DNA of 34,370 bases from an uncultured Anaerolineae bacterium (GCA_964602575.1 CAZRSI010000003.1:1-34370), one strand, 5' to 3'; positions 1 through 7,732 are shown, counted from the stretch's first letter. Numbers and translations are program-made. The notes: generated by a model from the sequence alone, not told the origin.

Positions 1-174
1 CTGTAATCATCGCCTCGCACCTACTATTCCCATTCATCGCTTTTGATGAGTTCTACGGTTTGTCAGGTAGTGCCCCCAAGGGACTTTAGACATAAGGCAA
101 GTCGTTACTCTCCGAGCTTTATTATTATAGCGCAATCTGCCCCATGAGTCAACTCCGGCTCTGGAGGAGAGGGC

Positions 175-384
175 TTGATTTTACCCATAAATGTTCAGAC
201 CTTCTTGATAAAGCGGAACTCTTGCTCGATTCCCCAGCGGCGGTTTGAGAGGACGAGGCTATATTGCAACGCTGACATGGATCCTGCTGAGATCAGGGAG
301 TACTGTCGGATAGACAAGGCGGGGCGGAGCTTAGAGCCTATCCGAAAAATGCTCACGGCGGACCTTAGTCCGCCGCTGGACTAA
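175..384 (+). pseudogene. Possible relic of the 3' part of a Mg-chelatase-like (ComM/YifB family) gene; not an intact gene
   Basis: About 30 aa of the 69-aa ORF (RRFERTRLYCNADMDPAEIREYCRIDKAGRSL) resemble the conserved 'NA.M....R.YC.LD..G..LL' stretch near the C-terminus of ComM/YifB proteins as I recall it. The upstream roughly 400 aa and the downstream 'LSARAY.RILKVARTIADL' part are both missing. The ORF runs into the palindromic element at 336-419. Confidence 0.25.
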
Positions 385-419
385 GGCCCAGCGGGAGCAA
401 AAAGACTTTTCGGATAGGC
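336..419. repeat. Composite palindromic element, copy 1: a 13-bp closing inverted repeat around two adjacent hairpins
   Basis: GCCTATCCGAAAA (336-348) is the perfect reverse complement of TTTTCGGATAGGC (407-419). Inside lie hairpin 1, cggcggac-ctta-gtccgccg (356-375), and hairpin 2, cgctggac-taag-gcccagcg (374-393). GCTC (351-354) pairs with GAGC (395-398). Related copies sit at 20451-20494 and 33743-33887. Confidence 0.75.
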
Positions 420-435
420 GCTTTAGGCCATAAAT

Positions 436-464
436 TTGACAATTTACCCAATAATTGGTATAAT
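436..464 (+). promoter_or_regulatory. Sigma-70-type promoter for the TetR gene
   Basis: TTGACA (436-441), an exact 17-nt spacer, then TATAAT (459-464). Both hexamers match consensus. It lies 62 nt upstream of ATG 526. Confidence 0.6.
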
Positions 465-466
465 AC

Positions 467-482
467 AGACAGACCGGTCGGT
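467..482. promoter_or_regulatory. Candidate TetR operator O1, immediately downstream of the -10 box
   Basis: AGACAGACCGGTCGGT contains the palindromic core GACCGGTC. The identical 16-mer recurs in inverted orientation at 1146-1161. Confidence 0.55.
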
Positions 483-525
483 TTGCTTGTTGGTTCTCCC
501 CTTTATCCCCCAGAGAATTTCTACT

Positions 526-1110
526 ATGAGCCTGAGAGAAAGAATAATCCACGAATCCTTGAAGCTGTTCTCCATGAAAGGATTCCTGAATACCTCTATT
601 AACGACGTTCTAGAAGCTGCCAATACCTCCAAAGGCGGGTTTTATAATCATTTCCCCAGCAAAGAGAACCTGTTTTTCGAGGTTCTGGACGAGGCACGAA
701 GGATTTGGCGTGAGAGATGCCTTTTCGGTCTGGATGAGGTCGAAAGCCCAATTGGGAAGATCGAGAAGCTCTTGGAGAATTACAGAGACCGCTATCTAAA
801 AGATACCGACGATTTGCCAGGAGGCTGCATCTTCGTTACCTTCTCGGTAGAATTGCCTGACCAGCTCCCCCACCTGGCCAAAGAGGTGAACAAAGGCTTC
901 GTGGGCCTAAAAAACATGCTCAAGAGACTCCTGGATGAGGGAAAGGAACAGGGCGAATTGCGTAGTGAGGTGAACACCAATGCCGTAACAGAGATGTTGT
1001 TTGCCGGCATGGTGGGGGCCTCTGTTATTTACGGCGTTGATAAATCGGCCGACAGCTTAGACAGGTCAATTAAATCTCTGATCAACTACCTTGAGAATTT
1101 GAAGCCGTGA
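526..1110 (+). CDS. TetR/AcrR-family transcriptional regulator
   Basis: ORF 436..1110 trimmed to ATG 526 (MSLRERIIHESLKLFSMKGFLNTSINDVLEAANTSKGGFYNHF). This is a typical TetR N-terminal HTH followed by an all-helical C-terminal domain. The longer ORF start would overlap its own promoter. Confidence 0.9.
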   Translation: MSLRERIIHESLKLFSMKGFLNTSINDVLEAANTSKGGFYNHFPSKENLFFEVLDEARRIWRERCLFGLDEVESPIGKIEKLLENYRDRYLKDTDDLPGGCIFVTFSVELPDQLPHLAKEVNKGFVGLKNMLKRLLDEGKEQGELRSEVNTNAVTEMLFAGMVGASVIYGVDKSADSLDRSIKSLINYLENLKP

Positions 1111-1145
1111 AATCGCACAGCTTCAAATTTTTTTGACCTTTTAAG

Positions 1146-1161
1146 ACCGACCGGTCTGTCT
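1146..1161. promoter_or_regulatory. Candidate TetR operator O2, between the tetR stop and the first acyl-CoA ligase gene
   Basis: ACCGACCGGTCTGTCT is the exact reverse complement of the 16-mer at 467-482. It is preceded by TTGACC (1133-1138). An extended -10-like TGgTATAAg lies at 1200-1208, upstream of ATG 1237. Confidence 0.5.
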
Positions 1162-1236
1162 CCCCCATTTGAAGACCCCACATGGGTGGTTTGATGGTGT
1201 GGTATAAGAAAATGCTGGTGATCAGAGGAGGCTACC

Positions 1237-2781
1237 ATGTTTTTTGGTGACTGGCTGCAACGGCGGGAAATGCTCACGCCGAACAAGGTAGCCCTTGTTG
1301 ATGCCATCAACGACGACCAGCCCATCACCTACCGAGACTGGAACCAACGCGTGAATCAGCTTGCCAACTTCCTGCGGGACGGGCTGGAGATCCGCAAGGG
1401 CGACCGGGTGTCCATCTATGCCATGAACCGCGTCGAATACCTGGATGCGCTGTTCGCTTGCAATAAGTTGGGAGCCATTCTGCATGTGAACAACTGGCGC
1501 CTGAAACCCCGCGAGTTGGAACCCCTCATTAACGATGCCGCCCCCCGCGTGCTACTCTACAGCCAGGAATTCGCTGGCCAGGTGGACGAGCTGCGCCCTC
1601 GATTGTCTTCGGTGCAGCATTACATTGGCCTGGATCAGGTGACTGATGACCAGGATATACACTGGCCGACGGAACGCAGCAACTGGCCCCAAACCCAGCC
1701 GCCGCCCGTGGAACTGGACTGGGAAGACCCTTGGATCATCTGCTACACCGGCGGTACGACTGGCCTCCCCAAAGGAGCTATCCTGCACTACCGCTCCATC
1801 ACTGCCAACTCCGTCAATACCATTGTCAGTTGGGGGCTGCGCCCCGACGATGTGATCCCACAATATATGCCCTTCTTTCACACCGGCGGTCTCAATTGCC
1901 TCACCCTCCCCTTGGTCCATCTGGGTGGCACGAACATCGTTTGCGCTGGCTTCGACATTGACCAGCTCTTCGATCAGATCGAGAACCTGGGTGTGACTTT
2001 CTTCTTCGGCGTCCCCGCCATGTTGCTGGCTATTATCCAGCACCCGCGCTGGGAATCACTGGATCTCTCTAACGTGCGGCTGGTGATGTCTGGCGGAGGG
2101 AGGTGCCCCACTGTCGTCCACGAGGCGTTCTGGGAAAAGGGCGTCGAGTTTAAAGAGGGCTATGGGTTGACCGAGGCCGGCCCCAACACCTTTTGGCTGC
2201 CGAGCGAGTACGCGAGGAGCAAGATCGGTTCCGTGGGCCGGCCTCTGTTCCACGTTGACGTTAAGCTGGTTAACGAGGCCGGCGAGGAGGTTGGCCCGGG
2301 CGAGGTAGGTCACCTGCTGATCCGAGGTCCCCACGTCTTCGGGGGATACTGGAACCGGCCAGAGGCGACGGCGGAGACGATCGTGGACGGTTGGCTGCAC
2401 ACCGGCGACCTGGCCCGCAGGGACGAGGACGGCGATTATTATATTGTAGGCCGCCTCAAGGACATGATCAAATCGGGTGGGGAGAATATCTACCCGGCCG
2501 AGGTCGAGGATGTGATGCACAGCCACCCCGCCATCGCCGAAGCCGCCCTGATCCCTGTACCCGATCCCAAGTGGGGCGAGGTGGGCCGGGCCATCGTCGT
2601 GCTCAAGCCCGGTGCTACTCTGACCGAAACCGACTTGAGGGACTGGTTGCGTGAGAGAATGGCTCATTACAAAGTCCCTAAGTCGGTTTTGTTTTTGGAT
2701 AGCCTGCCCAAAACAGGAGCCAACAAGGTGGATAAACAACGGCTAATCGAGCAATTTGGTTCGAGTGAGCAAGAGGGGTGA
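1237..2781 (+). CDS. AMP-dependent acyl-CoA synthetase/ligase (ANL superfamily)
   Basis: 514 aa with motifs YTGGTTGLPKGA, GYGLTE and TGDLARRDEDGDYYIVGRLKDMIKSGGENIYPAEVE. The RBS AGAGGAGG lies just upstream of ATG 1237. Confidence 0.9.
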   Translation: MFFGDWLQRREMLTPNKVALVDAINDDQPITYRDWNQRVNQLANFLRDGLEIRKGDRVSIYAMNRVEYLDALFACNKLGAILHVNNWRLKPRELEPLINDAAPRVLLYSQEFAGQVDELRPRLSSVQHYIGLDQVTDDQDIHWPTERSNWPQTQPPPVELDWEDPWIICYTGGTTGLPKGAILHYRSITANSVNTIVSWGLRPDDVIPQYMPFFHTGGLNCLTLPLVHLGGTNIVCAGFDIDQLFDQIENLGVTFFFGVPAMLLAIIQHPRWESLDLSNVRLVMSGGGRCPTVVHEAFWEKGVEFKEGYGLTEAGPNTFWLPSEYARSKIGSVGRPLFHVDVKLVNEAGEEVGPGEVGHLLIRGPHVFGGYWNRPEATAETIVDGWLHTGDLARRDEDGDYYIVGRLKDMIKSGGENIYPAEVEDVMHSHPAIAEAALIPVPDPKWGEVGRAIVVLKPGATLTETDLRDWLRERMAHYKVPKSVLFLDSLPKTGANKVDKQRLIEQFGSSEQEG

Positions 2782-2785
2782 AGCC

Positions 2786-3544
2786 ATGCGCCTGAAAGAT
2801 AAGGTAACTCTCATCACCGGCGGCGCAGCCGGTATTGGCAAGGCCACGGCCGAGCGCTTCGCCGAGGAAGGGGCCCAGGTGGTCATCTGCGACGTGAATG
2901 AAGAGCTTGGCCGAGCTACGGCTGAGACGCTTGGGATGAGCTTTTATAAGGTGGATGTCACCGACCGAAACGCTGTGCAGGAATGGGTGGACGATGTGGC
3001 GCAAAGATATGGGCGGATAGATGTGCTGGTCAACAATGCTGGCATCCTGCGCGATGCCACCCTGGTTAAGGTCAAGGATGGCCAACTGGTCGGGCAGATG
3101 TCCGAGGCCGACTTCGACCTGGTGATAGCGGTCAATCTCAAAGGAGTGTTCAATTGCACCCAAGCTGTGGTGCCCTATATGATTCGGCAGGGCGGCGGGG
3201 TCATCCTCAATGCCACCTCGGTCGTCGGCCTGGACGGCAATTTCGGCCAGACTAACTATGTCGCTGCCAAGGCGGGGGTCATAGGCATGACCAAAGTCTG
3301 GGCCCGCGAGCTCGGTCGCTACAACATTCGCGTCAACGCGGTGGCGCCTGGCCCCACCGCGACCGAGATGATCGCCTCCATGCCTCAGAAGATCCTGGAC
3401 AGGTTCCGGGAGAGCATCCCTTTAGGACGGCTGGGCCAGCCGCGGGATGTTGCTAACGCCTATCTCTTCCTGGCCTCGGACGAGGCAAGCTTTATATCCG
3501 GAGCAGTGCTGCGAGTGGATGGCGGGCTTGTGGTTGGCACATGA
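2786..3544 (+). CDS. Short-chain dehydrogenase/reductase, FabG-like 3-oxoacyl reductase or 3-hydroxyacyl dehydrogenase
   Basis: Trimmed to ATG 2786 (MRLKDKVTLITGGAAGIGKA), 4 nt after the upstream stop. Motifs TGxxxGIG, NNAG and YVAAKAG (YxxxK) are present. Confidence 0.9.
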   Translation: MRLKDKVTLITGGAAGIGKATAERFAEEGAQVVICDVNEELGRATAETLGMSFYKVDVTDRNAVQEWVDDVAQRYGRIDVLVNNAGILRDATLVKVKDGQLVGQMSEADFDLVIAVNLKGVFNCTQAVVPYMIRQGGGVILNATSVVGLDGNFGQTNYVAAKAGVIGMTKVWARELGRYNIRVNAVAPGPTATEMIASMPQKILDRFRESIPLGRLGQPRDVANAYLFLASDEASFISGAVLRVDGGLVVGT

Positions 3545-4581
3545 GCAGAGGGGAGATGAGCACGTCAGATGAGGTATCTGTAGGCATCGTCAGCGCGGGG
3601 ATGTACCTGCCAGAGCGAGTGCTGACAGCGGCTGATATCGCCGAAGAGAGCGGCCTCCCCGAATGGGTGGTTCGCGAGAAGCTGGGCATAAACCAGAAAC
3701 GCATGGCCGGGCCGGACGACCACCCCAATCAGATGGCTGTCTGGGCCGCTCAGGATTGTCTCTCCAAATGCGACATCCCCCCGGAAGAGATTGACGTAGT
3801 GCTCTGCACCACCGAGGAGTGGAAGGAATACATCAACTGGACGGCGGGCATTGACCTGGCCTATCAGATCGGGGCAACCCGGGCCTGGGGCATGGATTTG
3901 CATATGCGCTGCTGTACCACGATCAGCGCCCTCAAGATTACCAAAGACATGATGGTCGCCGACCCCGACATTAACACCGTGCTCATCGCTGGCGGCTACC
4001 GAGTTGGAGACTTGGTCAATCTGAAAAACACCCGTATCTCGTTTGCGTTCAACATAGGCGCGGGCGCGGGAGCGCTGCTGCTGCGTAAGAACTGGCCGCG
4101 CAATCACGTGCTGGGCTCGCACCTCATCACCGACGGCTCCATGAGCAGACACATCATCATACCCGCCAGCGGCACCATCCAGTTCCCCACCGACGAGGCC
4201 GTAGCCAAGGGATTGTTCTATCTTGACCTGGTTGAACCCGAGGCCATGAAGGCGCGGCTCAACGAAGTCTCGATGGACAACTGGATGCGTTGCATTGACG
4301 AGGCGCTGCGCAAAAGCGGCTACACCAGAGCCGATATCGGCTTTCTAAACATGATCCACATCAAACCCTCAGCCTATCGGGACATGCTTCAACGCCTTGG
4401 CCTCAGCGAGGAACAAAGCGTCTACAACGCCGACTACGGGCACATCGGCGAGCAGGACAGCATCATCAATATCATTGAAGGGATGAAACAGGGTCGGCTC
4501 AAGGACGGTGATCTGATGGTCATCGTGGCCGCGGGTGTCGGCTACGTATGGGGTGCGGCTTGCGTGAAGTGGGGGGCGTGA
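3541..4581 (+). CDS. KAS-III (FabH)-like thiolase-fold condensing or cleaving enzyme with an atypical active-site triad
   Basis: 346 aa with an ATGA overlap onto the SDR stop. The FabH-like layout includes DLHMRCCTTISAL (Cys124/125), NMIHIKPS (His273), ADYGHIGEQDS (His301 where FabH has Asn) and a C-terminal GVGYVWGAACVKW. Confidence 0.75.
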   Translation: MSRGEMSTSDEVSVGIVSAGMYLPERVLTAADIAEESGLPEWVVREKLGINQKRMAGPDDHPNQMAVWAAQDCLSKCDIPPEEIDVVLCTTEEWKEYINWTAGIDLAYQIGATRAWGMDLHMRCCTTISALKITKDMMVADPDINTVLIAGGYRVGDLVNLKNTRISFAFNIGAGAGALLLRKNWPRNHVLGSHLITDGSMSRHIIIPASGTIQFPTDEAVAKGLFYLDLVEPEAMKARLNEVSMDNWMRCIDEALRKSGYTRADIGFLNMIHIKPSAYRDMLQRLGLSEEQSVYNADYGHIGEQDSIINIIEGMKQGRLKDGDLMVIVAAGVGYVWGAACVKWGA

Positions 4582-4611
4582 AACGTCGAGCGTAAAACGT
4601 CAAACGTGAGC
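4577..4611. repeat. Five phased CGT heptamers in the KAS-III/acd spacer
   Basis: CGTGAAA CGTCGAG CGTAAAA CGTCAAA CGTGAGC. The upstream TGA stop (4579-4581) lies inside the first unit. Positions 4594-4609 are identical to 7704-7719. Confidence 0.7.
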
Positions 4612-4660
4612 CTCACGCAATACGCAGAATCTCAACATAAACAAAGGAGGTAAATCTCTC

Positions 4661-5797
4661 ATGATAGACTTCACTTTCACCGAAGAGCAGGAACTGTTCC
4701 GGCAAGCAGCTCGCGAATTTGCGGAAACCAAGGTCGCTCCCAAGGTTCCTGAGATGGAGGAGACGGGAGAAGTTAATGACGATGTCGTAAAAGCCCTGGC
4801 TGAGGCCGAGATGATGGCCATCACCATCCCGAAGGAATACGGCGGCCTGGGATTGGGTTACGTGGCCCGCCTCATCGCCTTGGAGGAAATCGCGCGGGTT
4901 TCGGTGGCGACAGCCATGACGCTCCAGATATTTGCCCTGGGCATCGAGCCCATCATCAGATTCGGCACAGAGGAGCAGAAAAAGAAATACCTGCCCGGCT
5001 TGGCCACGGGCGAGCGACTGGCCACGGTAGCAGTAACTGAGCCCACTGGCGGCTCCGATCCCAAAAGCGGCCGCACATCGTACAAGAAGGACGGCGACAA
5101 CTATATCATCAATGGCCGCAAATGCTTTATCACCAATTCCCACATCGCCGACACCATCACCGTCCTGGCCAGAGACGAGGAGGAACCCGACGTTTTCAGC
5201 ACCTTTATCGTCGAAAAAGGGATGGAAGGGTTCAGACCTGGGCATAAAGAGCACAAGGTGGGCATGCGCGGCTGCAATACCGGCGAGCTGATTTTTGAAA
5301 ATTGCCGAGTCCCCAGGGCAAACCTGCTAGGACCAGAGGGCAAGGGCATGCGAGTGGCCATGACTGCCATTAGCGAGGTCGGCAGGGGCGGCATGGTCGG
5401 CTGCGCCCTGGGACTGCAGGCTGCCTGTCTGGAAGCGTCGGTAAAATTCGCCAATGAGCGGATCCTGTACGGGAAGCCGATCAGCAAATTGCAGACCATT
5501 CAGAACAAGCTGGCAGAAATGAAGATTGATCTGGAAGCTGGCCGTCTGTTGGGGTATCGAGCAGCAGCCTTGCAGGACCAGGGCCTACGGGCCAGCAACG
5601 AATTCGCCGTGGCCAAGTACTTCACCACGGAAGCGGCACATAAAGCAGCCAAAATGGCCGTTGACATCCACGGTGGCTACGGTTGCATGGAAGAATACGC
5701 GGTTTCTCGCTATTGGCGCGACGCCGCGGTCCTGGGACCATCGGCCGGTACCTCCGACATCATGAAGGTGATCATCGCCCGCTGGGTGCTTTCGTAG
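4661..5797 (+). CDS. Acyl-CoA dehydrogenase (FAD-dependent, ETF-linked)
   Basis: 378 aa with the RBS AAAGGAGG upstream. ACAD motifs TEPTGGSDP and GGYGCMEEYAVSRYWRDA are present, the latter holding the catalytic-Glu region. Confidence 0.9.
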   Translation: MIDFTFTEEQELFRQAAREFAETKVAPKVPEMEETGEVNDDVVKALAEAEMMAITIPKEYGGLGLGYVARLIALEEIARVSVATAMTLQIFALGIEPIIRFGTEEQKKKYLPGLATGERLATVAVTEPTGGSDPKSGRTSYKKDGDNYIINGRKCFITNSHIADTITVLARDEEEPDVFSTFIVEKGMEGFRPGHKEHKVGMRGCNTGELIFENCRVPRANLLGPEGKGMRVAMTAISEVGRGGMVGCALGLQAACLEASVKFANERILYGKPISKLQTIQNKLAEMKIDLEAGRLLGYRAAALQDQGLRASNEFAVAKYFTTEAAHKAAKMAVDIHGGYGCMEEYAVSRYWRDAAVLGPSAGTSDIMKVIIARWVLS

Positions 5798-5818
5798 AGT
5801 AAAACGTGGAACGTAAGA
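5793..5818. repeat. CGT-phased micro-repeat in the acd/etfB spacer
   Basis: CGTAGAG-TAAAA-CGTGGAA-CGTAAGA, immediately followed by ATG 5819. The TAG stop (5795-5797) lies inside the first unit. Confidence 0.6.
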
Positions 5819-6616
5819 ATGCTCGACATTGTCGTCTGTGTCAAAGCGGTTCCCGACCCTAAAGAGGCCGACAAAATACGAATAGATCCTGTCACCAAAA
5901 CCCTCACGCGGGCCGATGTACCGCTGGTGCTGAACCCGCTGGACAAACACGCCATGGAAGCAGCGCTTCAACTCAAAGAGCGGTTCGATGCGCACATCGC
6001 GGTGCTCAGCATGGGGCCTCCTGAAGCTGGCAAGATAGTGAGGGAATGTCTGGCCCTGGGCGCTGACCAGGGAGTTTTGCTCTGCGATCGGGCTTTTGCC
6101 GGCGCCGATGCCTACGCCACGGCCTACACCCTGGCCAAGGGCATAGAGAAAATCGGCCCGTATGATGTGGTTTTCTGCGGGATGGCCAGCAGCGACGGCA
6201 GCACGGAGTGGGTCGGGCCAGAGCTGGCCACGTTTTTGGGGGTGCCAGTGGTGACCAGGGTGAAGGAGATGGTCGAATTCGGCGAGGGGTGGTGGAAAGT
6301 GAAGGCCAGCCTGGAAGACGGATACCGCCTGGTGCGGGTGAAACTCCCGGCCGTCCTCACGGTAACCAGAGAGTTAAACACGCCGCGAACCCTCAGCTTC
6401 TCAGGAATCATCAAGGCCAGGAAAAAGGAGATCAGAGAGTGGGGTGTCAGCGATCTGGGAGTGCCTTCGGACCTGGTGGGACTGAAAGGGTCGCCGACGA
6501 TTGTTTCCAGCATGACGACCAGGGAAAGCAAACGGGAAGTGGAGATCATCGGCGGCACGAGGGAGGAAAAAGCGGAGCGGTTGGTGCAGAGGCTGGTTGA
6601 GGCGGGAGTGATATAG
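5819..6616 (+). CDS. etfB: Electron transfer flavoprotein, beta subunit
   Basis: 265 aa with the N-terminus MLDIVVCVKAVPD typical of EtfB/FixA. It sits directly between an ACAD and an EtfA gene. Confidence 0.9.
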   Translation: MLDIVVCVKAVPDPKEADKIRIDPVTKTLTRADVPLVLNPLDKHAMEAALQLKERFDAHIAVLSMGPPEAGKIVRECLALGADQGVLLCDRAFAGADAYATAYTLAKGIEKIGPYDVVFCGMASSDGSTEWVGPELATFLGVPVVTRVKEMVEFGEGWWKVKASLEDGYRLVRVKLPAVLTVTRELNTPRTLSFSGIIKARKKEIREWGVSDLGVPSDLVGLKGSPTIVSSMTTRESKREVEIIGGTREEKAERLVQRLVEAGVI

Positions 6617-6632
6617 CCCGCTCGACGGGCGA

Positions 6633-6680
6633 AAGGTTTCTGACCGAGCCCCAAGGTCTCTCGCCTCGGTCAGAGACTTT
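6633..6680 (+). other. Strong intercistronic stem-loop between etfB and etfA
   Basis: AAGGTTTCTGACCGAG (6633-6648) pairs with CTCGGTCAGAGACTTT (6665-6680). That gives 16 bp including two G-U pairs and a 16-nt loop. No T-tract follows. Confidence 0.6.
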
Positions 6681-6705
6681 CAGCAAACGATGTGGTCAAA
6701 GGTCT

Positions 6706-7698
6706 ATGGAAAACACACCTGGCCCTGTATGGGTCATAGCGGAGCAAATTGACGGGCGGATTCTCACGGTGTCGCTTCAGTTGATTGGCCAGGCGCGAAA
6801 ACTGGCTTATGAATTGGGCGCCTCTGTGGAAGTTGTTTTGCTGGGAGATGAGCTGGACGAGCATCCCCAGCAGTTGTTCGCTGCTGGCGCCGACAGGGTC
6901 TACCTGGGCAGCGATCCCAGGTTGGCCTTCTACCAGCCGGAGCTCTACACCGAAATCATCGTCAAGCTGGCCCAGGAGCGGCAGCCGGAGATGGTGCTCA
7001 TTGGTTCGACAGATGTGGGGAGAGAGCTAGCGCCGCTGGTGGCGGCCCGACTGGAAACCGGGCTGACGGCTCACTGCATTGATCTGGCGCTCGGTGAGAA
7101 CGGAATCCTGGAACAGATAGTCCCTGCCTACGGTGGGTTGATCTCGATCATCTGTCCGGAAAAGCGTCCCCAGATGGCCACCGTTGCCAGAGGCGTTTTT
7201 CCTACGCCTGAACTGGACGAGAGCAGAACCGGAGAGGTCATCCTCTTGGACGTGCCGGATGAGCTCCCGCGTCGGGTTCAAACCCTGGAAATCGTCCGCG
7301 AAGAGCCAGAGGGTGTGCCCTTGGAATCGGCTCCCATCGTCGTGGCCGGCGGTGCTGGTGTTGGTGATCTGGAGGGCTGGCGTCAAATTGCCGAGCTGGC
7401 CAAGGTGCTGAACGGAGCACTAGGCTGCACTCGGCCAGCCGTTGACGAGGGTTGGGCCGGGATGGAGACGATGATCGGGCAGAGCGGCAAGATGGTGAGT
7501 CCGGAGCTGTACATCGGGGTTGGGTTGTCGGGCGAACAACAACATATGGTGGGCATCGTTGGCGCTAAAGTCATGGTCGCCATCAATAACGACCCCCACG
7601 CTCCCATATTCGAACAGGTGGACTATGGCATCATTGATGATTGCCGGGAGTTTGTTCCAGTGCTGATTGACAAGATCAGGGAATACCAGGCCATGTGA
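6706..7698 (+). CDS. etfA: Electron transfer flavoprotein, alpha subunit
   Basis: 330 aa with a C-terminal FAD-binding signature PELYIGVGLSGEQQHMVGI. Confidence 0.9.
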   Translation: MENTPGPVWVIAEQIDGRILTVSLQLIGQARKLAYELGASVEVVLLGDELDEHPQQLFAAGADRVYLGSDPRLAFYQPELYTEIIVKLAQERQPEMVLIGSTDVGRELAPLVAARLETGLTAHCIDLALGENGILEQIVPAYGGLISIICPEKRPQMATVARGVFPTPELDESRTGEVILLDVPDELPRRVQTLEIVREEPEGVPLESAPIVVAGGAGVGDLEGWRQIAELAKVLNGALGCTRPAVDEGWAGMETMIGQSGKMVSPELYIGVGLSGEQQHMVGIVGAKVMVAINNDPHAPIFEQVDYGIIDDCREFVPVLIDKIREYQAM

Positions 7699-7721
7699 AA
7701 CGCAAAACGTCAAACGTGAAA
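7694..7721. repeat. Four phased heptamers in the etfA/abfD-like spacer
   Basis: TGTGAAA CGCAAAA CGTCAAA CGTGAAA, then the RBS AGGAG. The TGA stop (7696-7698) lies inside unit 1. This spacer equals the 4577-4611 spacer minus one heptamer. Confidence 0.7.
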
Positions 7722-7732
7722 GGAGTTCAAGC

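Noticed and set aside
1-174. I checked for a partial gene, tRNA or att-like sequence at the extreme left end.
   Set aside because: All three forward frames contain early stops. I could see no tRNA-like acceptor/T-arm pattern or recognisable protein motif, so it is left unannotated.
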